A stretch of 63,918 nt of DNA, the filler included, from Guillardia theta CCMP2712 (lineage: Eukaryota > Protista > Cryptophyta), in assembly GCF_000315625.1 (NCBI RefSeq). It is 7 parts of 6 records of this genome, joined end to end, with 100 filler letters (N's around TTAATTAATTAA, not from the genome) between each part and the next. Parts side by side here need not be neighbours in the genome. Positions count along the whole stretch, not along the records: positions 41,007 to 53,115 come from NW_005434641.1; positions 53,216 to 58,997 come from NW_005434207.1; positions 59,098 to 62,730 come from NW_005434090.1; 4 more parts are not named here. One strand, written 5' to 3'. The translations under genes and the position numbers were made by a program. The notes beneath the pieces are model-generated. The model ran no database searches. It was not told the origin of the DNA and saw nothing but the letters and a program-made list of their open reading frames with translations. This document shows positions 50,652 to 61,173 of this stretch, piece by piece. How positions within the stretch are numbered: the first letter of the stretch is position 1; every line of letters starts with the position of its first letter.

Positions 50652-52996
50652 CTACTTCGCGCACAGGAAGTGGTGGATGAGGATCCCGCCTGCCACGGAG
50701 ACGTTGAGCGAGTCGAGCACGTCGTCTCCTAAATCCTTCAAGTCACTCTCGCGCAAATAACAATTCAGAGGATGCTCACCGTCGAGATCGTCGGGGGCTA
50801 CGGAAGCTGAAGCTGCTTCAATCTGCGTGAACAGATCTCACTCGTCCACCTCCTTCTCCAAGTCCCCCAGCTTTGCTTGTCTCCCTCCCTCCCTCCCTCC
50901 CTCCCTCCCTCTTCCTTCATCTGCTTCCCCTTCCTCCTCGCATCCAGCTTTCGTCATCACGGCAACGATCGCCTGTACCTGCACGAGCACGTCGCACTCT
51001 CGGAGCACATTTGTCCGCAGCCCTCGCCCTTCGTTGCCCATCACCAGGAGAGTCGGCTTTGTCAGCTTTGTGCTCGAGACGGGCACGCTGTTCTCCCCCA
51101 ATGCTGACCCGATCACCTGCAGTGACTTGAGGGACCAGAGGCGCTCTCCTCCTTCCCCACCTGCCAGCCCAGCTCCTTGGACCAGTTCAAAAACTGCATC
51201 AGGTTGCTGAGAGCAGCATGTAAGGAGCAGACGGCAGGAGCAACAGAAGGATCGTACGGACCTCACAGAGTAGACCTGATAGAGCTCCATGGCTCCTGCG
51301 CTGGCCTTGCTAACGGAGGGGCTGTCAAGGATGTCAGGCAAGGGGAGGCTCGGGGAGGAGGAACGCACGTCAGCCCAGCTGAGTTCTTGCTGCATACGAT
51401 GACGCCATCGGCTCCTAGGAAGTAAGCAGAGCGGAGCAGGGCTCCAAGATTCTGCGCTGCCGATGAGACGCGATGTAGGCGAGGACAGGATGAACCTGAG
51501 GGTCCATGACTTCATCCAGTACGAGCCAGAGAGGATGGCCATCCTTCGACTCCTCCTCGGGAATAGGGTGCATCGTTTTCAGCGGCTCAAAGGATAGAGG
51601 AGTGCAGACAATGATGAGTCCCTGCACAAGAGCTTACGGAATGAGAAGGCAAGTACACGAGTGTGAAGAGCAGATCCTGCCTGATGCGGGCGGTTATCGC
51701 TCAGAACGTTCAGTCTGCCACGAGGTCATCAAGATCAAGACGAGGCTCGCTTTCACCTGCCCTTGTCGACTTCCACCACATCACAGCCCAACTTCTCCGC
51801 CTCGGCCCTGATTTCCAAGATGGCTGCAAGAGACCGTCAGCTCGTCATCTTTGGACAGAGCTTCAGCGACGGGTTCACCATTGGAATCTTTGCGTTTTGA
51901 CATCTCCATGCTGTCCTGGAGTCACCCAGTCAGCAAGAATCCCAACCATGTTGGTTTATACCTGTATGTACAGCCGATGAATCGTCCTTCTCTTTGCTCG
52001 AAAGGCAGCCAGGACCTAAACATGCAGGAGGGTCATGGCAACCAGCTAAGGGTGCATCGCAACTTACCGGAGAGACTCCAAAGACAAAGTCAGAGGCCGG
52101 AAACTCCTCGTTCAGTTCCTCCACCCATGACTTCCTCTCGGCCTGCGCCAGAGCTGTGAGATTCGAATCAATGCTATCTCATCGACCTGCTTGGCCTGCT
52201 GCTCTCGCTGCCTCTCGTACAATTCTTCACGGGAAATCGGCTGCCTCGAGCCATCCCTTCTGAAATCATCCCTCCTGTTCATTGGCCGGTCCCCTCCTCT
52301 TGAGAATCTTCCACGAGAACTCCTAGAAAATCCGTCTTCGTCCTCACGATCTCTCCCTCTCCTGAAACCCCCTCCTGTACCATGTCAGTGGCAGCAGCCG
52401 GGTCAGTTGGGATGCTCACCCCTGCCCTCCTGGCTGTCCTGGGGCCTCGAGTTTCGTCGGGACTTGTCAGCACTGGTCTTGCCCCATCCTGTCGCCATCA
52501 TCCTAGTGTTCCGCAACCTGGGCGCTGCAAAGGAGAGGTCCCCAACTCTCAAGGGTCTCGGCTGCGTGACTGTGAGCCGTCCAGGACGATCTCGATGGTC
52601 TGCCTTGATGGATGCCATGGTCATGAAAGACGTCTGGGGCGACAGAGAATGGAAATCACGGTTGCCATTATCGGCCAAGGCCAGGGTTGAGGGCATCCGA
52701 TTGCTGAAGAACCCGATCCCAACGAAGATCGTGCGGATGCAAGGGAAGATAGAGCTAGTTCTCACTGGCTTAATCGGCATCATCCTTGAGAAGCTTAGCT
52801 GTGGATCCTACTGCAAGGGCATGTGTGAGTATCTCCCAACGCTGCTGCTCCCCAAGGCACATGTAATAACACACTTGTAACGTCTGAGCTCTCAGCTACT
52901 TCCACATCTCTCCACGTCTCTCCCTCTCTCCCTCTTCCTCCCTCCCGCTCTCTTTATCTCCCCCCCTCTCCCCCTCTCGCCCTCTCGCGCTCCATG
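50652..52996 (-). CDS. SpoU/TrmH-family rRNA 2'-O-methyltransferase (RlmB/MRM1-like); start uncertain
   Basis: FVFGVSPV, LVLDEVMDPQ, SKASAGAME, LVMGNEGRGLR and DSLNVSVAGGIL. Confidence 0.88.
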
Positions 52997-53326
52997 GAAG
53001 ATATCATCTCACTCATACTTCATTCCCATCTTTGTGTTCTTCGAAATCTGCGTCTCGGTAAAGAGCTTTTACGTGAAACCGGCCCACAACCCCCCAGGAA
53101 TTTAGTGCTCTCTTANNNNNNNNNNNNNNNNNNNNNNNNNNNNNNNNNNNNNNNNNNNNTTAATTAATTAANNNNNNNNNNNNNNNNNNNNNNNNNNNNN
53201 NNNNNNNNNNNNNNNAGTACAGAATATATACACAATATATAGTACCTACATAGCACAACAGCATATCTCGTTCCTATATAGTATATATGTACTATGGTGT
53301 ATGTGATCTAAGACAATAATTTAAAA

Positions 53327-54300
53327 TTAGGACAAAAATTTTGAATTTCTGGAAAAAATGTAAAATCAGGAAATTTTTTTTCTCAAGTTGAAAATTTATT
53401 TTTCGATTTTGCAAAATTTCTGAAATTTGAAAATTCTTGTCCTAACTTATTTTCGATATCAAGAGTTCAATATCACATGCATGCATCATGTACACAATAT
53501 ATACACAATATATACACAATATATACACAATATATACACAATATATACAGAATATATACACAATATATAGTACCTACATAGACAACTGCATATCTCTTTC
53601 CTATATAGTATATATGTACTATGGTGTATGTGATCTAAGACAATAATTAAAATTAGGACAAGAATTTTGAATTTCTGGAAAAAATGTAAAATCAGGAAAA
53701 TATTTTTCTCAAGTTGAAAATTTATTTTCCAGTTTTGCAAAATTTCTGAAATTTGAAAATTCTTGTCCTAACTTATTTTTGATATTATCAAGAGTTCAAT
53801 AGCACATACATACATACATACATACATGCATACATCATATACACAATATATAGTATATAGTATATAGTATATAGCACATATGTACTATAGTGTATGATCT
53901 AAGATAATGATTGAATTAGGACGCTTCGCTTGCCGGAGGCAACAAGAATTTTGAATTTCTGAAAAAAATGTAAAATCAGGAAAATATTTTTCTCAAGTTG
54001 AAAATTTATTTTCCAGTTTTGCAAAATTTCTGAAATTTGAAAATTCTTGTCCTAACTTATTTTTGACATTATCAAGAGTTCAATAACACATACATACATT
54101 ATTACACAATATATAGTATATAGTATATAGTATATAATACATATGTACTATAGTGTATGTGATCTAAGACAATAATTAAAATTAGGACAAGAATTTAGAA
54201 TTTCTGAAAAAAATGTAAAATCCGGAAAATATTTTTCTCAAGTTGAAAATTTATTTTCCAGTTTTGCAAAATTTCTGAAATTTGAAAATTCTTGTCCTAA
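53327..54300. repeat. Four tandem ~119-bp imperfect palindromes
   Basis: TTAGGACAAGAATTTT...AAAATTCTTGTCCTAA at 53327-53445, 53653-53771, 53916-54055 and 54182-54300. Confidence 0.92.
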
Positions 54301-54567
54301 TTTATTTTTGACATTATCAAGAGTTCAAGCTTGTAATGCCTGAGATAATCAATAGGAAAACAAATGTATAATATGTTAGCTCTGGCCCACTCCGTGGGTA
54401 CGCTCGTTTGTATTAATTGAAATGGTGTGAAAATATGCAGTGATGTGATGCTATAATTGAAAGGATGTATAAATGGTGAGCATTGTAATCAATGTTAAGG
54501 CCAAGTGTAACAGGATAGGGTGTTGCAAAGGTATGCTATTCTTCAACTTGTGGCCCAATTTGTTTTT

Positions 54568-55134
54568 TCATTCTTCTATCTCTGATTTCAATTCACTCAT
54601 TTGAAATTTTAGTTTCATATTTTCTTGATTGCAAGATTCTTTGTCATATTTGATCAATCCATTGTTATAACAAGCTAATAGATCATAGTACAAATCTTCT
54701 ACACTCTTTCTCTTGTTTTGTTCATATCTCAAATTATTTTTTAGTTTCATTATCTCTTCTTCCTCTGTTTTTTTCTTCGCTGATTCTGTTTCTTGTAGTT
54801 TTAATATTTCTCTTAATCTTTTTATTTCATTCTCATGTTCACATAATTTCGCATAGTCTCTATAAGTTAAACGTATTACATCCTCTTTCGAAAACTCTGA
54901 TTCAAACATTTTTATATCGTTCTCTTTTCTACATAAAGGACAATCATACGTTATTGTTGGATAATGCAATTCTTCATACTTATAGATTTTTACCTTCTCT
55001 AAATATCCTGTCATATGATGCACTTTTCGTGATTGTAGATTATTGATACAATCTGTGCATATTACATATCTTTTACACTGCACACATTTTATTGTCACTT
55101 CTCTGTAATTACAAACACAACAAATCCTGCTCAT
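54568..55134 (-). CDS. RING-finger plus coiled-coil protein (putative E3 ligase)
   Basis: CxxC..CxxC..CxxC..CPLCR followed by an E/K-rich helix. Confidence 0.75.
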   Translation of the reverse strand: MSRICCVCNYREVTIKCVQCKRYVICTDCINNLQSRKVHHMTGYLEKVKIYKYEELHYPTITYDCPLCRKENDIKMFESEFSKEDVIRLTYRDYAKLCEHENEIKRLREILKLQETESAKKKTEEEEIMKLKNNLRYEQNKRKSVEDLYYDLLACYNNGLIKYDKESCNQENMKLKFQMSELKSEIEE

Positions 55135-55287
55135 TCTCTTTTTTATTATTTCGCTAACTATTTAAACCTTTTTTTTGTTGTCACCCAAGATTAATATGAT
55201 AAATAAGTTAAAGTTTGGGGTTTTATGTGGCTACGAGTAGCTCCATGTTGCTTCTATTTGCTCCTTTTGACAATAGGGGCTAAACTG

Positions 55288-55380
55288 GACAGAATTGCAA
55301 CAAAATTACAACTAAACCTCTAGATCTAGATTATAAGGGAATAAGCTTGAGGTTTAGTTGCAATTTGTTGCAATTTTGTC
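55288..55380. repeat. ~33-bp-stem hairpin between the GIY-YIG and RING genes
   Basis: GACAGAATTGCAACAAAATTACAACTAAACCTC ... GAGGTTTAGTTGCAATTTGTTGCAATTTTGTC. Confidence 0.85.
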
Positions 55381-55476
55381 GACCCATGAAATTATGATAG
55401 TTATCAGGAAATAGCACGAGGACACAGTTTAAATTGAAAAAAATGTGAATATTTCTAGGGGGATAGGAATGTATTG

Positions 55477-56178
55477 TTAAGGAATAGGTATATGGTTTTT
55501 GTATTTTTCTTTGAGGGAATCTAACATGTCAATAAAATCAGATTTTTTTTTACGAGAGAATTTGATAGTTTTATTGAAAACATCGATCAAATGATCGATA
55601 TCAGAAATGAATGTTGCCTGATCATTTGTAGTATTATCATTATTGCAATTAGCCAGAATTAGTTTGGAATGTAATTTAGATTTGAGATGTTGACTTAAGC
55701 TTCTTCTTTTAATTGTAGTTCCACATTCACATGTGACGGGAATATTGTTTTCGTGTCTTTTTTGTAAAATAGCTTCTTTATTCTGAAGATATTTAAGTTT
55801 TAATTTTTGTTTTTGACGTTGGTATGATAATTTGTTGCGTATAGAAATTTCTTCACGAGTTCGAGTTTGAGTTCGGATGTTCAGTTGTTTATTAAGGGTG
55901 CCAATTTGACGTATAATAATACCTTCTCTTTGACGAAGTTGTTTTTCATTGTCGCATGGATATTCTTCATAAATCTCAATATAATAATTGTCAAGACTAG
56001 ATTCTCTAGTTTTTTTATAGAGAAGCATGTTATATGCATCAGCATTTGGATTGTAACAAGCAGATTTATGTTTAAGCCATCTTTTGTGTATAGGTTGAGT
56101 GGTAGATCCAACATATACAAGAGTATCATCAAATGTGCATTTGATAGTATATATAACACTGTTTTTGTAATCGGGCAT
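55477..56178 (-). CDS. GIY-YIG endonuclease with C-terminal CECG zinc finger
   Basis: MPDYKNSVIYTI..YVGSTT..KRW..H..RE..GTLN and CECG..HLKSKLH. Confidence 0.9.
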   Translation of the reverse strand: MPDYKNSVIYTIKCTFDDTLVYVGSTTQPIHKRWLKHKSACYNPNADAYNMLLYKKTRESSLDNYYIEIYEEYPCDNEKQLRQREGIIIRQIGTLNKQLNIRTQTRTREEISIRNKLSYQRQKQKLKLKYLQNKEAILQKRHENNIPVTCECGTTIKRRSLSQHLKSKLHSKLILANCNNDNTTNDQATFISDIDHLIDVFNKTIKFSRKKKSDFIDMLDSLKEKYKNHIPIP

Positions 56179-56509
56179 AATGATGTAAAAGCAACCTGTG
56201 CAATACAAATCATTTTTTTTGTATTAACAAGTTTGCACAGCCACTCCGTGGGTACGCTCGTTGATATTTATTGAAATGTTGTGAAAACAAACAGTGATGT
56301 GATGATATAATTGAAAGGATATATTAATGGTAAGCATTGTAATCAAGTTTAGCAAGTGTAACAGTGATAGGGCCTTGCCCACCGCATTTCATGCAGTAAC
56401 GCTGTTAAAATGTGTGGGAAAAGTGTAAAACATGCACGACATAGGTGTATATAGTAAGTATAAAAAAATATGATTTATTTTTGTTTTATTGAATAGTTCT
56501 ATAAATGAA

Positions 56510-56653
56510 TTAATCAAGAATCTCTAAATCAATAAATGTTTTAGGAAGAGGAGCATCAGCGGATTTGATAATATTTGGTGGCATATGGTCATCCAATTGT
56601 TTTTTAGGAGGCATCTGTTGATGTTTTAGACACTGATATTGAAACAGATTCAT
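56510..56653 (-). CDS. Putative mini-ORF (34-47 aa) sharing its C-terminus with the second GIY-YIG protein
   Basis: Reads MNLFQYQCLKHQQMPPKKQLDDHMPPNIIKSADAPLPKTFIDLEILD*. Confidence 0.45.
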   Translation of the reverse strand: MNLFQYQCLKHQQMPPKKQLDDHMPPNIIKSADAPLPKTFIDLEILD

Positions 56654-57488
56654 TTTTTTTAATTAAGGATTCATGCCTGCGTTTTAAGGTATGAATTCAA
56701 CCAATTGGTATCAGCATATGGGGATTGTCGACTTCATTGAAAATTAGCATTGCACTGCAGTGGTTTTCATCGAGGAATTTCAAATATGGACGACTGAAGA
56801 CTTGTAATCAAGGGTTTGCGAGTGTAATAGTGAAGCTCAAGTTGCAATGGAATAGATGAGCACTGCATGCTCATCATAGCATTCGTGTTGCTCATGCTAT
56901 ACCGCCGTTTTACATTGTGTAATTTATGCACCATACTGCAGTAATGATTTACATTGATATGAAATTAGAAAAATATCTTGTTTATTATTCTGATTCAAAT
57001 TTTGTTCAATAAATATAATTGGGTTATAATATTTTTCCAATGTTTAATCTTGAATATTGTTGGCATTGTAGTGTAATAGGAATAACAAGTGTAGCACAAG
57101 TTGCAATGGAATAGATTCGCACTGCGCGCTCATCATAGCATTCGCTTTGCTCATGCTATACCGCCGTTTTACATTGTGCAATTTATGCACCGCGCTGCAG
57201 CATTAATTTACATTGATAAGGCAATTAATATTTATTGGATATTATTTTAATTGAAATAATATTTATTGTATGGGTAATTAATATTTATTGAACATAATCT
57301 TAATAGAAATTTTGTCATTGTGTTTTCAAGTGTTTTAATTTGGATATTATTAGCATTGTACTGCAATAGGAATATATTTTAATTTTAGTAGTGTAATAGA
57401 TTTATTGTTGTATTGTACGCAGGAATCATCGTTTTTACGTACAGAGTCATATAATTGGACAAAAAAATATAAAAAAAGTATGAAATTA

Positions 57489-58397
57489 TTAATCAAGGAT
57501 TTCTAAATCAATGAATTGTTTTTGTAGAGGAGTATCAGACTGTTGAAATAAGTTATCATCATATTCAATACACGCTTGTGGAATAAGATCATCGGATTTG
57601 TGTTTATAGATGTCATCAAGAAGATCGAATTCATGATCACAAACTGTAAGATGCAAAGTCATTAAATGAGTGTTGAGTATTAATCCACAATGGCATTGAA
57701 AGATGAATGAATCATAAACATAGACGAGTGGATCCTTTGGATCAAAATGGAGATTAGGGATATGCGCATGTGAAGGTTTAGCCTTGATGTCACGACATGG
57801 TGTGAAAGAATGTTTAGTAGTTTTTTGATGAATATGAAGCAGCTGTCGAGTAAGAAGGAGACCACATTCACAAGAATAAAGGAATGTATCAAGTTTAGTG
57901 CCATAAATATGAATATCAAAATCGTAATCATTATTTGCATGCTTAGCAGCATTATTGGCAATGTGAAGATCAAGGATTTCTTTAGGGACATGACAGTTTG
58001 TGTTGAGAGTGCCTAATTTTTGAATGATATCAGCTTCTTTTTGGAACATATGTTCTCTATTGATGAAAAAGAATTGATCATAAATCTTGAATTCCCAATC
58101 ATCAAAAAGGTGAATACATTTAGGATCAAACTCTCTCATCTTGACATAGAGTGGAGAGTTGTATTTTTCGGATTTAGCACATTGTATGTGTTGATGCCAT
58201 CTTTGTTTGACATGAAAAGAAACACCTACATACATCAATGTCTTATCATGTTTATATTGAATAGTGTAAATAGAAACAACCTCTCTTTTAGGATGTATGT
58301 CATTGATCTTTAAACACTTAGCAAGGAGGTTTTGATATCCTTCTAAACTATAGAGTTCATTAAAATAAGGGTGTGAATATTTCAATGAAATTGGCAT
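57489..58397 (-). CDS. GIY-YIG endonuclease with two CxCG zinc-finger-like modules
   Basis: SIYTI..YVGVS..QRW..H..KE..GTLN, plus CECG..H..H and CHCG..H..H. Confidence 0.88.
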   Translation of the reverse strand: MPISLKYSHPYFNELYSLEGYQNLLAKCLKINDIHPKREVVSIYTIQYKHDKTLMYVGVSFHVKQRWHQHIQCAKSEKYNSPLYVKMREFDPKCIHLFDDWEFKIYDQFFFINREHMFQKEADIIQKLGTLNTNCHVPKEILDLHIANNAAKHANNDYDFDIHIYGTKLDTFLYSCECGLLLTRQLLHIHQKTTKHSFTPCRDIKAKPSHAHIPNLHFDPKDPLVYVYDSFIFQCHCGLILNTHLMTLHLTVCDHEFDLLDDIYKHKSDDLIPQACIEYDDNLFQQSDTPLQKQFIDLEILD

Positions 58398-60089
58398 TAT
58401 CTAAAAACACCTTCTGCAACAGAGGCATTTATTTTGAAATTGATTCATTTTATTATACAGAGTGTCTGTGTTTAAAGGTTAGAATTACACCAATTGGTAT
58501 CAGCAGATGGAGATTTTAGATGTCGTTAAAATTCGCATCGCACTGCTAAGGTTTTAATCGGATTCTTGCAATACACTCGCCGTCGGAGAATGTAGACCAC
58601 ACTGAAGACCATTATCCAGACGGCCTATATTATGACTCTGTTCGTAAAAACGATGATTCCTACGTACAATAAATCTATTACACTACTAAAATAAAAATAT
58701 ATTCCAATTGCAGTACAATGCTAATAATATCCAAATTTAAACATTGAAAAATATTATAACACACTGACAAAATTTCTATTAAGATTATGTTCTAAATTTC
58801 TATTAAGATTATGTTCAAAATTTCTATTAAGATTATGTTATGTGGGTAATTAATATTTATTGAACATAATTTCTATTAAGATTATGTGTATTAAGATTAT
58901 GTTCTAAATTTAATATCCAAATTTAAACATTGAAAAATATTATAACACACTGACAAAATTTCTATTAAGATTATGTTCTAAATTTCTATTAAGATTANNN
59001 NNNNNNNNNNNNNNNNNNNNNNNNNNNNNNNNNNNNNNNNNTTAATTAATTAANNNNNNNNNNNNNNNNNNNNNNNNNNNNNNNNNNNNNNNNNNNNCGA
59101 GTAGGTCGAAGGAGCGTGAGGCGCCTGAAGCCTGCAGGAGTATTACTCTATACGCTCACCTGACCATATGCAGCGTCTGTCACGGCAAACGTCTGCCATG
59201 TCACCACGCAAAAACAAGCATCCCAGACCGACTTACGCCAAGCGTTTCCTGCTGCAACTCCTGTCGGATCGACCTCGATCATCTGGACGCATAACGCAAG
59301 CGCCCTGACTGTGCCCTGAGCGGATCAGCGATATCACACGGATGCTTCTGCCTAGTCAGGCCAGTCTCGCCTTCTTGCCTGCGCCTGGAGTGATTTGATA
59401 CTTGCCGGGTCGTACTCGCGTGGGCGGCAGATAGCTACGCAACCGCGTGTTCTCTTCATCTGTCATACTGATGGTTGCCAAGCATGCCCTATGAGCATTC
59501 AATGCACAGCTGACGATGTGTGTTCATTGGGGGACCCAAATGCGCTCGACCGATCTCCCTTGCCTGCCTTGAAATCGAGGAACGAGCCCTTGAATAGGCC
59601 ACTCCATGGAAGGTATAATGTGTAATAGAAGGCAAGGTATACGTGTTTATGTGTTTGAATGATGATGTCTCCTGGCAGCATTGGCGGCGCTTGGTTCCAT
59701 GAGTCGTCTCTCGACAAGAAGCTGTCTTTGGTCTCCTTGCTCTACCTGCCCCTCTGCCGCCGTTTGCTCCTCTCCCTTCAGCCAGCCCGTCGCCTTGCAC
59801 TTCTCGCTAGTACAAAGCGCTTCCCGTCCCCGCAATCATCGCAGCAACGCATGCAGGCGTCCATGTCACGTGTCAAAGTCATCCTTACACCCGTCGTCTG
59901 GTCGTCGCAACTGTAGTATACCGAAGCCGATGGATCTACACAACGCTTGCCCTATGGTAGCATATATCCCATATGCATGAATACAAGCTCCAGCAAGGCC
60001 TCGTCACCCCGCGCCCAAATAGATGCGACTTCTACGCTCAGACAATCCGTCCGACAAGCTCCTTGTCCCTCGCGTCGCTTCTTGGTTCC

Positions 60090-60672
60090 TCATCGTGTCA
60101 CATGCTCCAGCGCCTCTCTCATCAGCTCCTCCCTGCAGAGATGGATCGCTCGACTCAGCCTCAGTCCCGCGAGGGTGGCGTTCAGCCCTATGGCTTTGGT
60201 CGTGCTGCTGGCTCCTACGACCCGCTCGTGCGCTTTTTCCTCTTCCTCGTCAACCTGCGGCAATCAAAGGTCGTCACCTATGCTGTAGTGCCCTGGTCTC
60301 TAGGCACCTGCTGGTGGCACCACTCTCTCACCTCCTCAATGTCTACCGAGAGCTTGTCGTCGTCACTGCTCTCGCTCTTCTCGCTCTCCTGAGCTTTGAC
60401 TTGTCCCTCCACCTGGTCGGGCTCTACCTGCTTTCGCCTTGACTTGCGAGGCTTCGAGTCCTTGGACCCTCGAGGCCTCCCCGCCTTCCCGCATGGCTTC
60501 CGCCTCCTCGCGCAGTCCTCCGCAGATCATGGCCTCGATAGGCCCTGTCTCTGGGCCTCGCGCCCTAGTCTCTAGTCTCCTGTCTCGCTGTCTCCTTCGC
60601 ATGCTCAGCAACCTGGCAGCATCCCGGGCTTTCCTGTCCACCTCTCGTGTGGCGTCCCCTGCCATGCTTGGT
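60090..60672 (-). CDS. AT-hook-like protein, paralog of 61174-61827 (5' part in gap)
   Basis: RRRKPCGKAGRPRGSKDSKPRK and a C-terminus AIHLCREELMREALEHVTR* that matches the neighbour. Confidence 0.6.
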
Positions 60673-61173
60673 NNNNNNNNNNNNNNNNNNNNNNNNNNNN
60701 NNNNNNNNNNNNNNNNNNNNNNNNNNNNNNNNNNNNNNNNNNNNNNNNNNNNNNNNNNNNNNNNNNNNNNNNNNNNNNNNNNNNNNNNNNNNNNNNNNNN
60801 NNNNNNNNNNNNNNNNNNNNNNNNNNNNNNNNNNNNNNNNNNNNNNNNNNNNNNNNNNNNNNNNNNNNNNNNNNNNNNNNNNNNNNNNNNNNNNNNNNNN
60901 NNNNNNNNNNNNNNNNNNNNNNNNNNNNNNNNNNNNNNNNNNNNNNNNNNNNNNNNNNNNNNNNNNNNNNNNNNNNNNNNNNNNNNNNNNNNNNNNNNNN
61001 NNNNNNNNNNNNNNNNNNNNNNNNNNNNNNNNNNNNNNNNNNNNCTTCTCTGCTTGCCGAGCGTGGCCCCCTCAAGCTTCAGGCGATCTCCTTTGCCGGG
61101 CTGGCTAGTCGACCCCTCTCGGTGATCCTTCCCGCCGTATCACCTCGTCGTCCGTGCCGGCTTTGTAGCCAGC

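Larger units (their letters stand above)
53216..58997. mobile_element. AT-rich, intron-free virus-like contig (Polinton-like virus or NCLDV-type; endogenous or co-assembled)
   Basis: Sharp drop in GC, unspliced co-oriented ORFs for two GIY-YIG nucleases and a RING protein, and palindromic repeats. No capsid, ATPase or polymerase gene is visible. Confidence 0.6.

Noticed and set aside
56706-56716. tRNA-Met primer-binding site TGGTATCAG (also near 58495)
   Set aside because: Only a 9-nt match, with no LTR pair, gag or RT nearby.
57115-57145. Hammerhead ribozyme on the minus strand (ATGATGAG-stem-CGAAT)
   Set aside because: Core positions deviate (AUGAUGA instead of CUGAUGA, GAAU instead of GAAA), and the sister copy is a plain hairpin lacking GAA.
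55477-58397. Penelope-like retroelement
   Set aside because: The GIY-YIG ORFs are stand-alone and the contig has no reverse transcriptase.
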